From Escherichia coli (GTDB lineage Bacteria > Pseudomonadota > Gammaproteobacteria > Enterobacterales > Enterobacteriaceae): DNA of 64,000 nt. The stretch is taken from assembly GCF_024502345.1 (NCBI RefSeq), contig NZ_JALDNN010000001.1; one strand, 5' to 3'. A model generated the notes under the pieces. The model was not told where the DNA came from. It saw nothing but the letters and a program-made list of their open reading frames with translations, and searched no databases. Shown here piece by piece: positions 45,773 through 58,132 of this stretch; position 1 is the stretch's first letter, and each line of letters opens with the position of its first letter. Position numbers and translations under genes: made by a program.

Positions 45773-47269
45773 ATGCAGGGCACAAAAATTCGACTTTTAG
45801 CGGGCGGTTTGCTGATGATGGCCACTGCTGGCTATGTGCAGGCAGATGCGCTCCAGCCTGATCCAGCATGGCAACAGGGGACGCTTTCCAACGGTTTACA
45901 GTGGCAAGTGCTGACCACCCCCCAGCGTCCCAGCGATCGTGTTGAAATTCGCCTGCTGGTTAATACCGGTTCGCTCGCCGAAAGTACACAACAGAGCGGT
46001 TACAGTCACGCCATCCCTCGTATTGCGCTAACGCAAAGCGGTGGCCTTGACGCAGCACAGGCGCGTTCATTGTGGCTGCAGGGGATCGACCCTAAACGCC
46101 CGATGCCGCCGGTAATTGTCTCTTATGACACCACGCTGTTTAATCTGAGTTTGCCCAATAACCGTAACGATTTGCTGAAAGAGGCGCTCTCTTATCTGGC
46201 AAATGCCACTGGCAAACTGACTATCACGCCAGAAACCATCAACCACGCGCTGCAAAGTCAGGACATGGTGGCAACCTGGCCTGCCGATACTAAAGAGGGC
46301 TGGTGGCGCTATCGTCTGAAAGGGTCAACCTTGTTAGGTCACGATCCTGCCGATCCGCTGAAACAACCCGTTGAAGCGGAAAAGATTAAAGATTTCTATC
46401 AGAAATGGTACACCCCGGATGCAATGACGCTGCTGGTGGTGGGAAACGTGGATGCGCGCTCGGTTGTCGACCAAATCAACAAAACGTTTGGCGAACTGAA
46501 AGGCAAACGTGAAACACCGGCTCCGGTGCCGACGCTTTCTCCGCTGCGTGCGGAAGCGGTGAGTATTATGACTGACGCGGTGCGTCAGGACCGGTTATCT
46601 ATCATGTGGGATACGCCGTGGCAGCCGATTCGTGAATCAGCCGCACTGCTGCGCTACTGGCGTGCGGACCTGGCCCGTGAGGCGCTGTTCTGGCATGTTC
46701 AGCAAGCGTTAAGCGCCAGTAACAGCAAAGACATCGGTCTTGGATTTGACTGCCGTGTGCTGTATCTGCGTGCGCAGTGTGCCATCAACATCGAATCACC
46801 AAACGACAAGCTGAACAGCAACCTTAATCTGGTGGCGCGTGAACTGGCGAAGGTTCGCGATAAAGGTCTGCCGGAAGAAGAGTTCAATGCGTTAGTGGCG
46901 CAAAAGAAACTGGAGCTGCAGAAACTGTTTGCCGCCTATGCACGAGCTGATACCGATATTCTGATGGGTCAGCGGATGCGTTCGTTGCAAAATCAGGTTG
47001 TCGATATCGCGCCGGAGCAGTATCAGAAACTGCGGCAGGATTTCCTTAACAGCCTGACTGTGGAGATGTTAAATCAGGATCTGCGTCAGCAGTTGTCGAA
47101 TGATATGGCGTTAATACTGCTGCAGCCGAAAGGCGAGCCAGAATTTAACATGAAAGCGTTGCAGGCGGCCTGGGATCAAATCATGGCCCCATCTACCGCC
47201 GCTGCGACCACCTCTGTCGCCACGGATGACGTACATCCTGAAGTGACGGATATTCCACCTGCACAGTAA
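45773..47269 (+). CDS. yhjJ: Periplasmic M16-family peptidase-like protein YhjJ, 498 aa
   Basis: 498-aa ORF with signal peptide; synteny between dctA and kdgK. Confidence 0.85.
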   Translation: MQGTKIRLLAGGLLMMATAGYVQADALQPDPAWQQGTLSNGLQWQVLTTPQRPSDRVEIRLLVNTGSLAESTQQSGYSHAIPRIALTQSGGLDAAQARSLWLQGIDPKRPMPPVIVSYDTTLFNLSLPNNRNDLLKEALSYLANATGKLTITPETINHALQSQDMVATWPADTKEGWWRYRLKGSTLLGHDPADPLKQPVEAEKIKDFYQKWYTPDAMTLLVVGNVDARSVVDQINKTFGELKGKRETPAPVPTLSPLRAEAVSIMTDAVRQDRLSIMWDTPWQPIRESAALLRYWRADLAREALFWHVQQALSASNSKDIGLGFDCRVLYLRAQCAINIESPNDKLNSNLNLVARELAKVRDKGLPEEEFNALVAQKKLELQKLFAAYARADTDILMGQRMRSLQNQVVDIAPEQYQKLRQDFLNSLTVEMLNQDLRQQLSNDMALILLQPKGEPEFNMKALQAAWDQIMAPSTAAATTSVATDDVHPEVTDIPPAQ

Positions 47270-47364
47270 TGCCTGATGGTGATGAGTTAGCACAACCATC
47301 AGGTATTTATGGATGAGCTGGATAGAGGGGTAACACTTTATCCAGCCTTTTGCATATGCTGCGT

Positions 47365-48294
47365 TTACGCTGGCATCGCCTCACGCGGGATAATCGCGCC
47401 GCGATACTGAATAACGGTACTTGCAGTCAAATGCCCACGTTTCGCGGCATCTTCCGCACTACCGCCTGTCAAACGTACCGCCAGATAACCGGCACTGAAA
47501 GAGTCGCCAGCTGCGGTGGTATCGATCACTTTTTCTTTCGGCAGTTTCACCGCCGGAACATCCACTAACCCTTCGCCAGCAATGGACACCAGGCAAGAAT
47601 CCGCCCCGCGTTTCACCACCACTTCTTTCACGCCCGCGTTATGGGTGCGCGCAATGACGTCTTCCACCGGCTGTTGACCCCACAGCGCGTCTTCATCGTC
47701 CAGCGTCAGGAAGGCGATATCCGTGCATTCCAGCATTTGCTGGTACACCTGCTGTGTCTCTGCTTTGCTGGCCCACAGGCGCGGACGATAGTTATTGTCG
47801 AAAATCACTTTTCCGCCGTTGGCGCGGCATTCGCGCAGCAGGGAAAGCAGTTTCTCGCGGCTGGTCGGGCTTAAGATCGCCAGGCTAATCCCGCTCAGGT
47901 AGAGATAATCGAAATTCGCCAGCTCTGCACAAATCGCCGCAGACTGCTCGCTCTCCAGCCAGAATTTGGCAGCGGCTTCGTTACGCCAGTAGTAGAACGT
48001 ACGTTCGCCGGTGCTGTCGGTTTCAATGTAGTAAAGGCCCGGCAGACGGTTTTCCATCCGTTGGGTCAGGGAAGTATCAACGTTCTCGCCGTGCCAGGCG
48101 TCCAGCATCTGCTGGCTAAAACTGTCCGTTCCCAGCGCCGTTACGTAATGAACGGTTAATGCCGCAGGATCGACCTGACGGGCGATATAGACGGAAGTGT
48201 TCAGGGTATCGCCGCCGAAACCGCGCTTAACGTCCGCGCCTTTCTCGGAAAGCTCAATCATGCATTCGCCAATCACGGCAATCTTTTTGGACAT
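47365..48294 (-). CDS. kdgK: 2-dehydro-3-deoxygluconokinase KdgK, 309 aa
   Basis: Start at MSKKIAVIGECMIEL; PfkB-family sugar kinase; ORF track's 425-aa form is an upstream extension. Confidence 0.9.
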   Translation of the reverse strand: MSKKIAVIGECMIELSEKGADVKRGFGGDTLNTSVYIARQVDPAALTVHYVTALGTDSFSQQMLDAWHGENVDTSLTQRMENRLPGLYYIETDSTGERTFYYWRNEAAAKFWLESEQSAAICAELANFDYLYLSGISLAILSPTSREKLLSLLRECRANGGKVIFDNNYRPRLWASKAETQQVYQQMLECTDIAFLTLDDEDALWGQQPVEDVIARTHNAGVKEVVVKRGADSCLVSIAGEGLVDVPAVKLPKEKVIDTTAAGDSFSAGYLAVRLTGGSAEDAAKRGHLTASTVIQYRGAIIPREAMPA

Positions 48295-48525
48295 AGTCGT
48301 GAACCTGATCTGTAAAAAATTAGCGTTAGTTTGCGCTGTGGTGGTTTGCTGGTCAACCATATTAAAACAGTGTTCCATTATTTTTTTGAGCCAGAACGTA
48401 TTCCTGAAAGATTCCGTTGTGGAGTGAGGAAATTTACCCCGGCCAGGCGGTAAAGTTCTGCCCTTACGCGCCGATAATCTTTGTCGAGTCCAGGCAGCAT
48501 CACTTTTAAACACAGGACATCTTTG

Positions 48526-49293
48526 ATGATAAGGCAGGTTATCCAGCGAATAAGCAACCCTGAAGCAAGCATCGAGAGCTTGCAGGAACGGCGTTTTTGG
48601 TTGCAGTGTGAGCGTGCTTACACCTGGCAGCCGATCTATCAAACATGCGGGCGGTTAATGGCCGTGGAGCTATTAACGGTGGTCACGCATCCCTTGAACC
48701 CTTCGCAACGCCTGCCGCCGGATCGCTATTTTACTGAAATCACCGTCAGCCATCGGATGGAGGTTGTGAAAGAGCAGATTGATTTGCTGGCGCAAAAAGC
48801 CGACTTCTTTATAGAGCACGGCCTGCTGGCATCGGTCAATATTGATGGCCCTACGCTCATCGCCCTGCGTCAGCAACCAAAAATCCTGCGCCAGATTGAG
48901 CGTCTTCCCTGGCTGCGTTTCGAACTGGTGGAACACATCCGCCTGCCGAAAGATTCAACCTTTGCCTCGATGTGTGAATTTGGCCCGCTGTGGCTGGATG
49001 ATTTTGGCACCGGGATGGCAAATTTCTCTGCGCTAAGTGAAGTGCGTTATGACTACATCAAAATCGCGCGAGAGCTGTTCGTGATGCTGCGTCAGTCGCC
49101 GGAAGGCCGCACACTCTTTTCTCAGCTTTTACATCTAATGAATCGCTATTGTCGCGGGGTGATTGTCGAGGGCGTAGAAACGCCGGAAGAGTGGCGTGAT
49201 GTACAGAACTCGCCCGCATTCGCCGCACAAGGCTGGTTTCTTTCACGCCCGGCACCGATAGAAACGCTGAATACGGCGGTTCTGGCGCTATAA
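48526..49293 (+). CDS. pdeH: c-di-GMP phosphodiesterase PdeH (stand-alone EAL domain), 255 aa
   Basis: Start at MIRQVIQRISNPEAS; EAL-domain motifs (ELLTVV, DDFGTG, EGVE). Confidence 0.9.
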   Translation: MIRQVIQRISNPEASIESLQERRFWLQCERAYTWQPIYQTCGRLMAVELLTVVTHPLNPSQRLPPDRYFTEITVSHRMEVVKEQIDLLAQKADFFIEHGLLASVNIDGPTLIALRQQPKILRQIERLPWLRFELVEHIRLPKDSTFASMCEFGPLWLDDFGTGMANFSALSEVRYDYIKIARELFVMLRQSPEGRTLFSQLLHLMNRYCRGVIVEGVETPEEWRDVQNSPAFAAQGWFLSRPAPIETLNTAVLAL

Positions 49294-49362
49294 GCTGCCT
49301 CATTTTCCGCCTGGCTGGACTATCTTTAGGACTGGCACAGGAAGAATATGAGGAAGCGAACG

Positions 49363-51423
49363 ATGAGCAAGGCAGGCAAAATAACCGCTGCGATTTCAGG
49401 GGCTTTCTTGTTGTTGATTGTCGTGGCGATCATTTTGATTGCAACTTTTGACTGGAATCGACTCAAACCGACCATCAACCAGAAAGTCTCTGCGGAGTTG
49501 AATCGTCCGTTCGCTATCCGTGGCGATCTGGGCGTGGTGTGGGAGCGGCAAAAACAAGAAACTGGCTGGCGCAGCTGGGTGCCATGGCCCCATGTACACG
49601 CGGAAGACATCATTCTTGGCAATCCACCGGATATTCCCGAAGTCACGATGGTGCATTTGCCACGCGTAGAGGCAACGCTGGCACCGCTGGCGCTGCTGAC
49701 CAAAACGGTCTGGCTGCCGTGGATCAAGCTCGAAAAGCCCGACGCGCGCCTGATTCGCCTCTCTGAAAAGAACAATAACTGGACGTTTAATCTTGCCAAC
49801 GATGACAACAAAGACGCGAATGCAAAGCCGTCGGCATGGTCGTTTCGGCTGGATAATATTCTGTTCGATCAAGGGCGGATCGCTATTGATGACAAAGTAA
49901 GCAAAGCGGATCTGGAAATTTTTGTCGATCCGTTAGGCAAGCCGCTGCCGTTCAGCGAAGTTACTGGATCGAAAGGTAAAGCGGATAAAGAAAAGGTCGG
50001 CGATTACGTTTTTGGCCTGAAGGCGCAGGGACGTTATAACGGTGAACCGCTCACGGGTAAGGGTAAAATTGGCGGTATGCTGGCGCTGCGTGGTGAAGGG
50101 ACGCCGTTTCCGGTACAGGCTGATTTCCGTTCAGGTAATACCCGTGTTGCTTTTGATGGCGTCGTGAATGACCCAATGAAGATGGGCGGTGTCGATTTAC
50201 GGCTTAAATTTTCTGGCGATTCACTGGGTGATCTCTATGAACTGACGGGCGTTCTGCTGCCCGATACCCCGCCGTTTGAAACGGATGGTCGGCTGGTAGC
50301 GAAAATCGACACTGAAAAATCGTCGGTCTTTGATTATCGCGGCTTTAATGGGCGAATTGGCGATAGCGATATCCACGGTTCTCTGGTCTACACCACCGGC
50401 AAGCCACGACCAAAACTGGAAGGTGATGTCGAGTCGCGGCAATTGCGGCTGGCGGACCTGGGACCGTTGATTGGCGTTGATTCCGGGAAAGGGGCAGAAA
50501 AGTCGAAACGGTCTGAACAGAAGAAGGGCGAAAAAAGCGTTCAGCCTGCGGGTAAAGTGCTGCCTTATGACCGCTTCGAAACCGATAAATGGGACGTCAT
50601 GGATGCCGATGTTCGTTTCAAAGGCCGACGTATCGAGCATGGCAGTAGCCTGCCGATTAGCGATCTTTCTACTCATATCATCCTCAAAAATGCTGACCTG
50701 CGCCTGCAACCGCTGAAATTTGGCATGGCGGGCGGCAGCATTGCGGCGAATATTCATCTGGAAGGCGATAAAAAGCCGATGCAGGGGCGGGCAGATATTC
50801 AGGCTCGTCGACTGAAACTGAAAGAACTGATGCCCGATGTGGAACTGATGCAGAAGACGCTGGGGGAAATGAACGGTGACGCGGAACTACGCGGTAGCGG
50901 TAACTCGGTGGCGGCGCTTTTAGGCAACAGTAACGGCAACCTGAAACTGTTGATGAATGACGGGCTGGTGAGCCGCAACCTGATGGAGATTGTTGGGCTG
51001 AATGTCGGCAACTACATTGTCGGTGCGATATTTGGTGACGATGAGGTGCGGGTGAACTGCGCGGCGGCGAATCTGAATATTGCCAACGGCGTGGCGCGCC
51101 CGCAGATTTTTGCTTTCGATACTGAGAACGCGTTGATTAACGTTACCGGCACGGCAAGTTTTGCTTCGGAACAGCTGGATTTGACTATTGATCCGGAGAG
51201 TAAAGGTATTCGGATTATCACACTGCGTTCGCCGCTGTATGTGCGGGGGACGTTTAAAAATCCGCAGGCTGGGGTGAAAGCCGGACCGTTGATTGCCCGT
51301 GGTGCTGTTGCTGCGGCACTGGCAACGCTGGTAACACCTGCGGCGGCGTTGCTGGCACTGATCTCACCTTCCGAAGGGGAGGCTAATCAGTGCCGGACGA
51401 TTTTGTCGCAGATGAAGAAGTGA
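49363..51423 (+). CDS. yhjG: AsmA-family protein YhjG, 686 aa
   Basis: N-terminal TM anchor then long periplasmic AsmA-like region; start at MSKAGKI (alternative 49348). Confidence 0.8.
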   Translation: MSKAGKITAAISGAFLLLIVVAIILIATFDWNRLKPTINQKVSAELNRPFAIRGDLGVVWERQKQETGWRSWVPWPHVHAEDIILGNPPDIPEVTMVHLPRVEATLAPLALLTKTVWLPWIKLEKPDARLIRLSEKNNNWTFNLANDDNKDANAKPSAWSFRLDNILFDQGRIAIDDKVSKADLEIFVDPLGKPLPFSEVTGSKGKADKEKVGDYVFGLKAQGRYNGEPLTGKGKIGGMLALRGEGTPFPVQADFRSGNTRVAFDGVVNDPMKMGGVDLRLKFSGDSLGDLYELTGVLLPDTPPFETDGRLVAKIDTEKSSVFDYRGFNGRIGDSDIHGSLVYTTGKPRPKLEGDVESRQLRLADLGPLIGVDSGKGAEKSKRSEQKKGEKSVQPAGKVLPYDRFETDKWDVMDADVRFKGRRIEHGSSLPISDLSTHIILKNADLRLQPLKFGMAGGSIAANIHLEGDKKPMQGRADIQARRLKLKELMPDVELMQKTLGEMNGDAELRGSGNSVAALLGNSNGNLKLLMNDGLVSRNLMEIVGLNVGNYIVGAIFGDDEVRVNCAAANLNIANGVARPQIFAFDTENALINVTGTASFASEQLDLTIDPESKGIRIITLRSPLYVRGTFKNPQAGVKAGPLIARGAVAAALATLVTPAAALLALISPSEGEANQCRTILSQMKK

Positions 51424-51429
51424 TGATAA

Positions 51430-51592
51430 TTGCCGGATGTCTGACATCCGGCAATTAAACAGATTTAGATTGTTGGCAAAGTGTGCTTTGTTCATGCCGG
51501 ATGCGGCGTTAACGCCTTATCCGGCCTACAAATCCTTGTGAATTCAATATATTGTATGGAAATTCAGGCCTGATAAGCGTAGCGCATCAGGC
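51430..51592. repeat. Terminator-like palindrome plus two REP units (BIME) between convergent yhjG and yhjE
   Basis: ttgccggatgtc/gacatccggcaa palindrome; gccggatgcggcgttaacgccttatccggc and aggcctgataagcgtagcgcatcaggc REP elements. Confidence 0.6.
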
Positions 51593-51604
51593 TTTTCACA
51601 CTTA

Positions 51605-52927
51605 TTACAACGACTGATGTCGCGTCTCATGGGTCAGCAGCAGGGCGATTAACGTCAAGCCAGCCATCGCCGCCAGATATAACCCCACCGCACCTAACCC
51701 GTAGTTAGTCTGCAACCAGGCTGCGATATACGGCGCAACGGAAGCCCCGAGAATCGACGCTACGTTGTAAGAGAATGATGCTCCGGTGTAACGCACTTCT
51801 GTTGGGAACAGCTCTGGTAACAGCGCGCCCATCGGCCCGAAGGTCAGCCCCATCAGACTTAACCCCAGCAGCAGGAAGGCAAAAACCAGAATCGGGTTGC
51901 CAGAACCGAGCAGCGGGTTAAAGGCGAACAGCGCGAACAGGATGATCAGCGTGGTGATAATTACCATGCTTTTACGGCGACCAAAGGCATCAGCCAGTAA
52001 TCCGGCGACTGGCACCATCACGCCAAAACCAATAACTGCCATCATCAGCATCCACAACACTTCGTTACGCGGCAGGCCAAGCCCAACTGGCGCGGCGGCG
52101 GTACTGAAGGTCATAGAGTAGACCGTCATGATGTAAAACAGCGTATAGGTTGCCAGCATAATGAACGTACCCAGTACGGTTACGCGAACATGTTTGGTTA
52201 GCAGCGTACCCAGCGGGATCTTCACCTGTTTTTTCGCTTTAGCGACTTTCTCAAACACCGGCGACTCATGCAGCGACACGCGAACATACAGGCCGATAAT
52301 GACCAACACCGCCGAGAAGATAAATGGCACACGCCAGCCCCAGCTCATAAACTGCTCGTCGGTCAGTAGCCAGGAAAGCAGCAAGAAAGTGCCGTTGGCA
52401 AAGAAGAAGCCAATCGGTGCGCCCAGCTGTGGGAAGGAGCCATACAGTGCACGTTTGCGCGGGGGGGCGTTTTCAGTCGCCAGCAGCGCCGCGCCGCCCC
52501 ATTCACCGCCTAAGCCCAGACCCTGACCAAATCGAGCCAGCGCCAGCAGCAGCGGGGCGAAAATACCAATCGTGGCATAGCCCGGCAGCAGACCAATCAC
52601 CACGGTCGAAATCCCCATCGTTAGCAACGAGGCGACCAGCGTCGCTTTACGCCCAACGCGATCGCCAAAATGACCAAATACGGCAGAGCCAATGGGGCGC
52701 GCGACGAAGGCGATGGCGAAGGTGGCGAGCGACTGTAGCGTTGCTGCCGTAGGATCGCCCTGCGGGAAGAAGATATGCGGAAACACAATAACGGCCGCAG
52801 TGGCGTAAATGTAAAAGTCGAAGAACTCAATGGCCGTGCCAATGAGAGAGGCGACAAGGACTTTATTACGCGAGTTGATCGGCGTGTATTCTTGCTCGTG
52901 GTCGAGTGTTGTGGCTGTTGCTTGCAT
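51605..52927 (-). CDS. yhjE: MFS transporter YhjE (metabolite:H+ symporter family), 440 aa
   Basis: 440-aa 12-TM-like ORF. Confidence 0.85.
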   Translation of the reverse strand: MQATATTLDHEQEYTPINSRNKVLVASLIGTAIEFFDFYIYATAAVIVFPHIFFPQGDPTAATLQSLATFAIAFVARPIGSAVFGHFGDRVGRKATLVASLLTMGISTVVIGLLPGYATIGIFAPLLLALARFGQGLGLGGEWGGAALLATENAPPRKRALYGSFPQLGAPIGFFFANGTFLLLSWLLTDEQFMSWGWRVPFIFSAVLVIIGLYVRVSLHESPVFEKVAKAKKQVKIPLGTLLTKHVRVTVLGTFIMLATYTLFYIMTVYSMTFSTAAAPVGLGLPRNEVLWMLMMAVIGFGVMVPVAGLLADAFGRRKSMVIITTLIILFALFAFNPLLGSGNPILVFAFLLLGLSLMGLTFGPMGALLPELFPTEVRYTGASFSYNVASILGASVAPYIAAWLQTNYGLGAVGLYLAAMAGLTLIALLLTHETRHQSL

Positions 52928-53240
52928 AATCTTTTCTTATTTTTTGGCTAACGAATAGCCATATTACGCACAGCAAAAGTGATATTTCAATGTGTAACAA
53001 ATCGCGGAAATGGTCAAAAACTAGGCAAAAAGGGGATAATGTTTAGGCCAGTGATTTTTCTTCTATGAAATGCTTCACATAATTTTATAAATGGTGGATA
53101 AAACTGGTTTCAGGTTAAATAAAAGTTACCAACTGGATTTATATGCTGGGGTTATGAGTTGGCATGAAATTGTTTGCTCCTGAAGAGATGTAGTTTCAGG
53201 TGGTTATGTGCATGTCATTGCCTGGTCTCTGGCCGGCTTG

Positions 53241-53295
53241 TACCCCCTCACCCTAACCCTCTCCCCGGAGGGGCGAGGGGATCGACCGTGCGTTT
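53241..53295. repeat. GC-rich imperfect-palindrome intergenic repeat (boxC-like: ccctcaccctaaccctctccccggaggggcgagggg)
   Basis: Motif recognised as a family dispersed in E. coli genomes; located downstream of yhjD. Confidence 0.4.
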
Positions 53296-53318
53296 ATCAG
53301 GCATTATAAACCAATGAA

Positions 53319-54332
53319 TTACCGCTGCGTTTTCCCCGGCATTCGCGGGTCGTCTTTATATTCGGCGGTGGCAATCCACGCCGCGCAAAACAGCGTCAAA
53401 CGGGCGAAGAAGTAGAAAAATGCCATCAGCCCCAGCACGGAACCAAATGCTGCACCAGAGGGGGATTTCATCAACGATGGCAGGGTGTAGGTCATCACGA
53501 TTTTAATCACTTCAAAACCAATAGCAGCCAGAAATGTTCCGCGAATCAGGGCTTTTTTGCGCGGACGGTGGCGCGGCAACCGCCAGAAGATCCAGAAGAA
53601 AAGCAGATAGTTGGCGAAGATGGAAATCGCCAGGCCAATCAACCGCCACGTCGGTTTCAGCCACTCAATGCTGTTCAGGTGCAGGGCGCTAATAATCATT
53701 TGCTGCGCCGAACCGGCAACCGAGGTGATCGAAAGCGTCACAATCAGCGCAATCAACAAACCAATCAGCGAAATAAAATCACGCAGATATTTTACCCAGA
53801 ACTTCTCCTGATCTTGCGGCGAGCGTTCCCAGACATCGCGCGACTGGGCGCGAATCGCTTCACGCAGGTTACCCATCCAGTTGATGCCGGAATAAAGCGC
53901 CACCGCCAGGCCGACAAGCCCTACAGTCGTACGCTGCTGAACGGCGGTGTTGATGGTGTTTTTCAACGTAGCGGCTAGCGTCGGATCGCTGATGTTTTGC
54001 AGAATTTTGTCGAAGATATCCTGTAGCAACATCGGATGGGAGGCCAGCACAAAGCCCCCTGCGGCAAACGACACCATCAAAATCGGGATCATCGACAAAA
54101 ATGAGAAATAGGTGATAGCCGCACCAAACTGGTTACCCAGCCGATCGTTAAAGCGTTCTGTCGCGCGAATAAGGTGCGCAATAATCGGTTGGCGTTGGAC
54201 TTTTTCGGCAGTGGTGGTGACGGTTTCCAGCGCCTGGCTAACTTTGCCGCCTTTCTCGCTATTATCCAACGGCTTAATCGGCTCGTGCTCCAGATCCTGA
54301 GTGGGACGTTTGATCTCGTTTTCCTGCGTCAT
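53319..54332 (-). CDS. yhjD: Inner membrane protein YhjD (YihY/virulence-factor BrkB family), 337 aa
   Basis: 337-aa polytopic membrane ORF. Confidence 0.85.
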   Translation of the reverse strand: MTQENEIKRPTQDLEHEPIKPLDNSEKGGKVSQALETVTTTAEKVQRQPIIAHLIRATERFNDRLGNQFGAAITYFSFLSMIPILMVSFAAGGFVLASHPMLLQDIFDKILQNISDPTLAATLKNTINTAVQQRTTVGLVGLAVALYSGINWMGNLREAIRAQSRDVWERSPQDQEKFWVKYLRDFISLIGLLIALIVTLSITSVAGSAQQMIISALHLNSIEWLKPTWRLIGLAISIFANYLLFFWIFWRLPRHRPRKKALIRGTFLAAIGFEVIKIVMTYTLPSLMKSPSGAAFGSVLGLMAFFYFFARLTLFCAAWIATAEYKDDPRMPGKTQR

Positions 54333-54380
54333 CCGCTCTTTTGTCCTTCTGTCGTGGTCATTCTTAAAAAGTATAGTCGG

Positions 54381-55280
54381 TCAGTCCAGGTACTCTTTCA
54401 TTACGCCAGCCAGCCACTGCATAAACAGGTTTACACGCCGGGAAAGCTCCCGACGCTGCGGATAAACCAGCGAAAGGGAGAGCGGCTCGGCACGGTAGCC
54501 TGGCAACACTTCAATAAGCCGCCCGGCACGCAGGGCTTCGCGCACGGCAATGCGCGGGATCTGAATAATCCCCAGACCGGCAAGACCGGCAGCGAGATAG
54601 TTTTCGCTACTGTTTACCGTCAACATGCCGCCAGACTTAAACCACTGGACGCCATTAACGCTGGCAACCTCAAAACCTAACGGATGTACACCCAGGTGCG
54701 GTGTATAACGCACTATTGCGTGTGAAGTCAGATCATCGGGGCTTTGCGGATAACCAAAGCGCGTCAGATAGTGCGGACTGGCACAGTTGACCATGGTCAG
54801 TTTGCCGAGGGGACGGGCGATAACGCCATCTTCCGGTAACGCGCCAGTGCGTATCACGCAATCAAAACCATCATGAAGAATATCTACCGGACGGTCATGG
54901 CTACTCAGTTCCAGCTCAATTCCCGGATGCAGATAGAGAAATTCCGACAGGCGCGGCAGTAACAGGCTTTTCGCGATTCCTGGCGGGATGTCGATGCGTA
55001 ATTTACCGCTGATACTGGTGGCATCCTGTTGAAACAGACCGTCCAGTTCGTTGATATTACTCAACACATCTTTTGCCCGTTGATAATAGGTCATGCCTTC
55101 TGGCGTGAGTTTGACCCGTCGCGTGGTGCGCTGGAGAAGCTGGGTGCCAAGTTGATGTTCCAGTGCCTGTATCTGGCGCGAAACACTTCCCTTTGGCAAA
55201 GCAAAGAAATCCGCTGCGCGGGAAAAACTTTCCAGCTCCGCGACTTTGATGAACAACTGCATTGCGTGAATTTTATCCAT
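54381..55280 (-). CDS. yhjC: LysR-family transcriptional regulator YhjC
   Basis: Start placed at MDKIHAMQLFIKVAELESFSRAAD (LysR HTH); ORF track start 55352 gives 24 extra residues. Confidence 0.8.
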   Translation of the reverse strand: MDKIHAMQLFIKVAELESFSRAADFFALPKGSVSRQIQALEHQLGTQLLQRTTRRVKLTPEGMTYYQRAKDVLSNINELDGLFQQDATSISGKLRIDIPPGIAKSLLLPRLSEFLYLHPGIELELSSHDRPVDILHDGFDCVIRTGALPEDGVIARPLGKLTMVNCASPHYLTRFGYPQSPDDLTSHAIVRYTPHLGVHPLGFEVASVNGVQWFKSGGMLTVNSSENYLAAGLAGLGIIQIPRIAVREALRAGRLIEVLPGYRAEPLSLSLVYPQRRELSRRVNLFMQWLAGVMKEYLD

Positions 55281-55799
55281 TTCTTTGACCGATTGTTGTT
55301 CACAGCGAAACAGTAACGCACATATCGCATTGTTTATTGTTTTTTCTAACATCTAATGCCGGGTTTCACAATGTTGTCATGACGAATGTGGCGATTTCTC
55401 AGCAGGAAAAGGGCGGAATAGCTTTCTGAGAAAGGTGAATCCCCTTAAACAGAGCGTATTTTTCAGCGATTCCCTTTAAAGTGAATAGAGGACGTATTGG
55501 CTATTTGTGCTTATTTTTGTCTCATTGCCGTTTGTTATTTTGGCTTGTGGTCGCGGAATTTCATTTTTAATTGCATGCGTACTAACCATCAATATAAGGA
55601 AATCCTCAAAATTGTTTTAAATAGTGCCCTCGACATGTAATTTCAGGCGTTTAGCTGTAACTATTTATATCGGTAACTATTTTCTACGCGTCATCTCTGT
55701 AGAATGGCCACCGCCAAATGGCGAATTCTTATTTTTTTTCGCGGGTAATACCCTTCCACTACTTAAGTCTTTTTAACATATTCAGGTGGAGATTCAGTT

Positions 55800-56402
55800 A
55801 TGCAAATAGTCATGTTTGACAGGCAGTCAATATTTATTCATGGAATGAAAATCAGTTTACAGCAGCGTATTCCAGGAGTGAGTATTCAGGGGGCCAGTCA
55901 GGCAGACGAGTTATGGCAAAAGCTGGAAAGTTACCCTGAAGCTTTAGTTATGCTCGATGGCGATCAGGATGGTGAATTTTGCTACTGGCTGCTGCAAAAA
56001 ACCGTGGTGCAATTTCCTGAGGTTAAGGTGTTAATTACGGCGACGGATTGCAATAAACGGTGGTTACAGGAAGTTATCCATTTTAATGTGCTGGCCATTG
56101 TGCCTCGTGATTCAACCGTCGAGACATTTGCGTTGGCGGTAAATAGTGCGGCGATGGGGATGATGTTTCTGCCTGGAGACTGGCGGACGACGCCGGAAAA
56201 GGACATTAAAGATCTCAAATCGTTAAGCGCCCGCCAGCGGGAGATTTTAACCATGTTAGCGGCGGGCGAATCAAATAAGGAGATCGGCAGAGCGCTGAAT
56301 ATCAGTACTGGAACGGTAAAAGCGCATCTGGAATCCCTGTATCGCCGTCTGGAAGTGAAAAATCGCACCCAGGCGGCAATGATGTTAAATATCTCCTCCT
56401 GA
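55800..56402 (+). CDS. yhjB: LuxR/FixJ-type HTH regulator YhjB with atypical receiver-like N-domain, 200 aa
   Basis: C-terminal LuxR HTH (SARQREILTMLAAGESNKEIGRALNISTGTVKAHL). Confidence 0.85.
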   Translation: MQIVMFDRQSIFIHGMKISLQQRIPGVSIQGASQADELWQKLESYPEALVMLDGDQDGEFCYWLLQKTVVQFPEVKVLITATDCNKRWLQEVIHFNVLAIVPRDSTVETFALAVNSAAMGMMFLPGDWRTTPEKDIKDLKSLSARQREILTMLAAGESNKEIGRALNISTGTVKAHLESLYRRLEVKNRTQAAMMLNISS

Positions 56403-56452
56403 AGAGGATAATTTTACAGCCAGCAGGAAGTTAGCGGCTGGCTGTAAAAATA

Positions 56453-58132
<1,680 letters not shown>

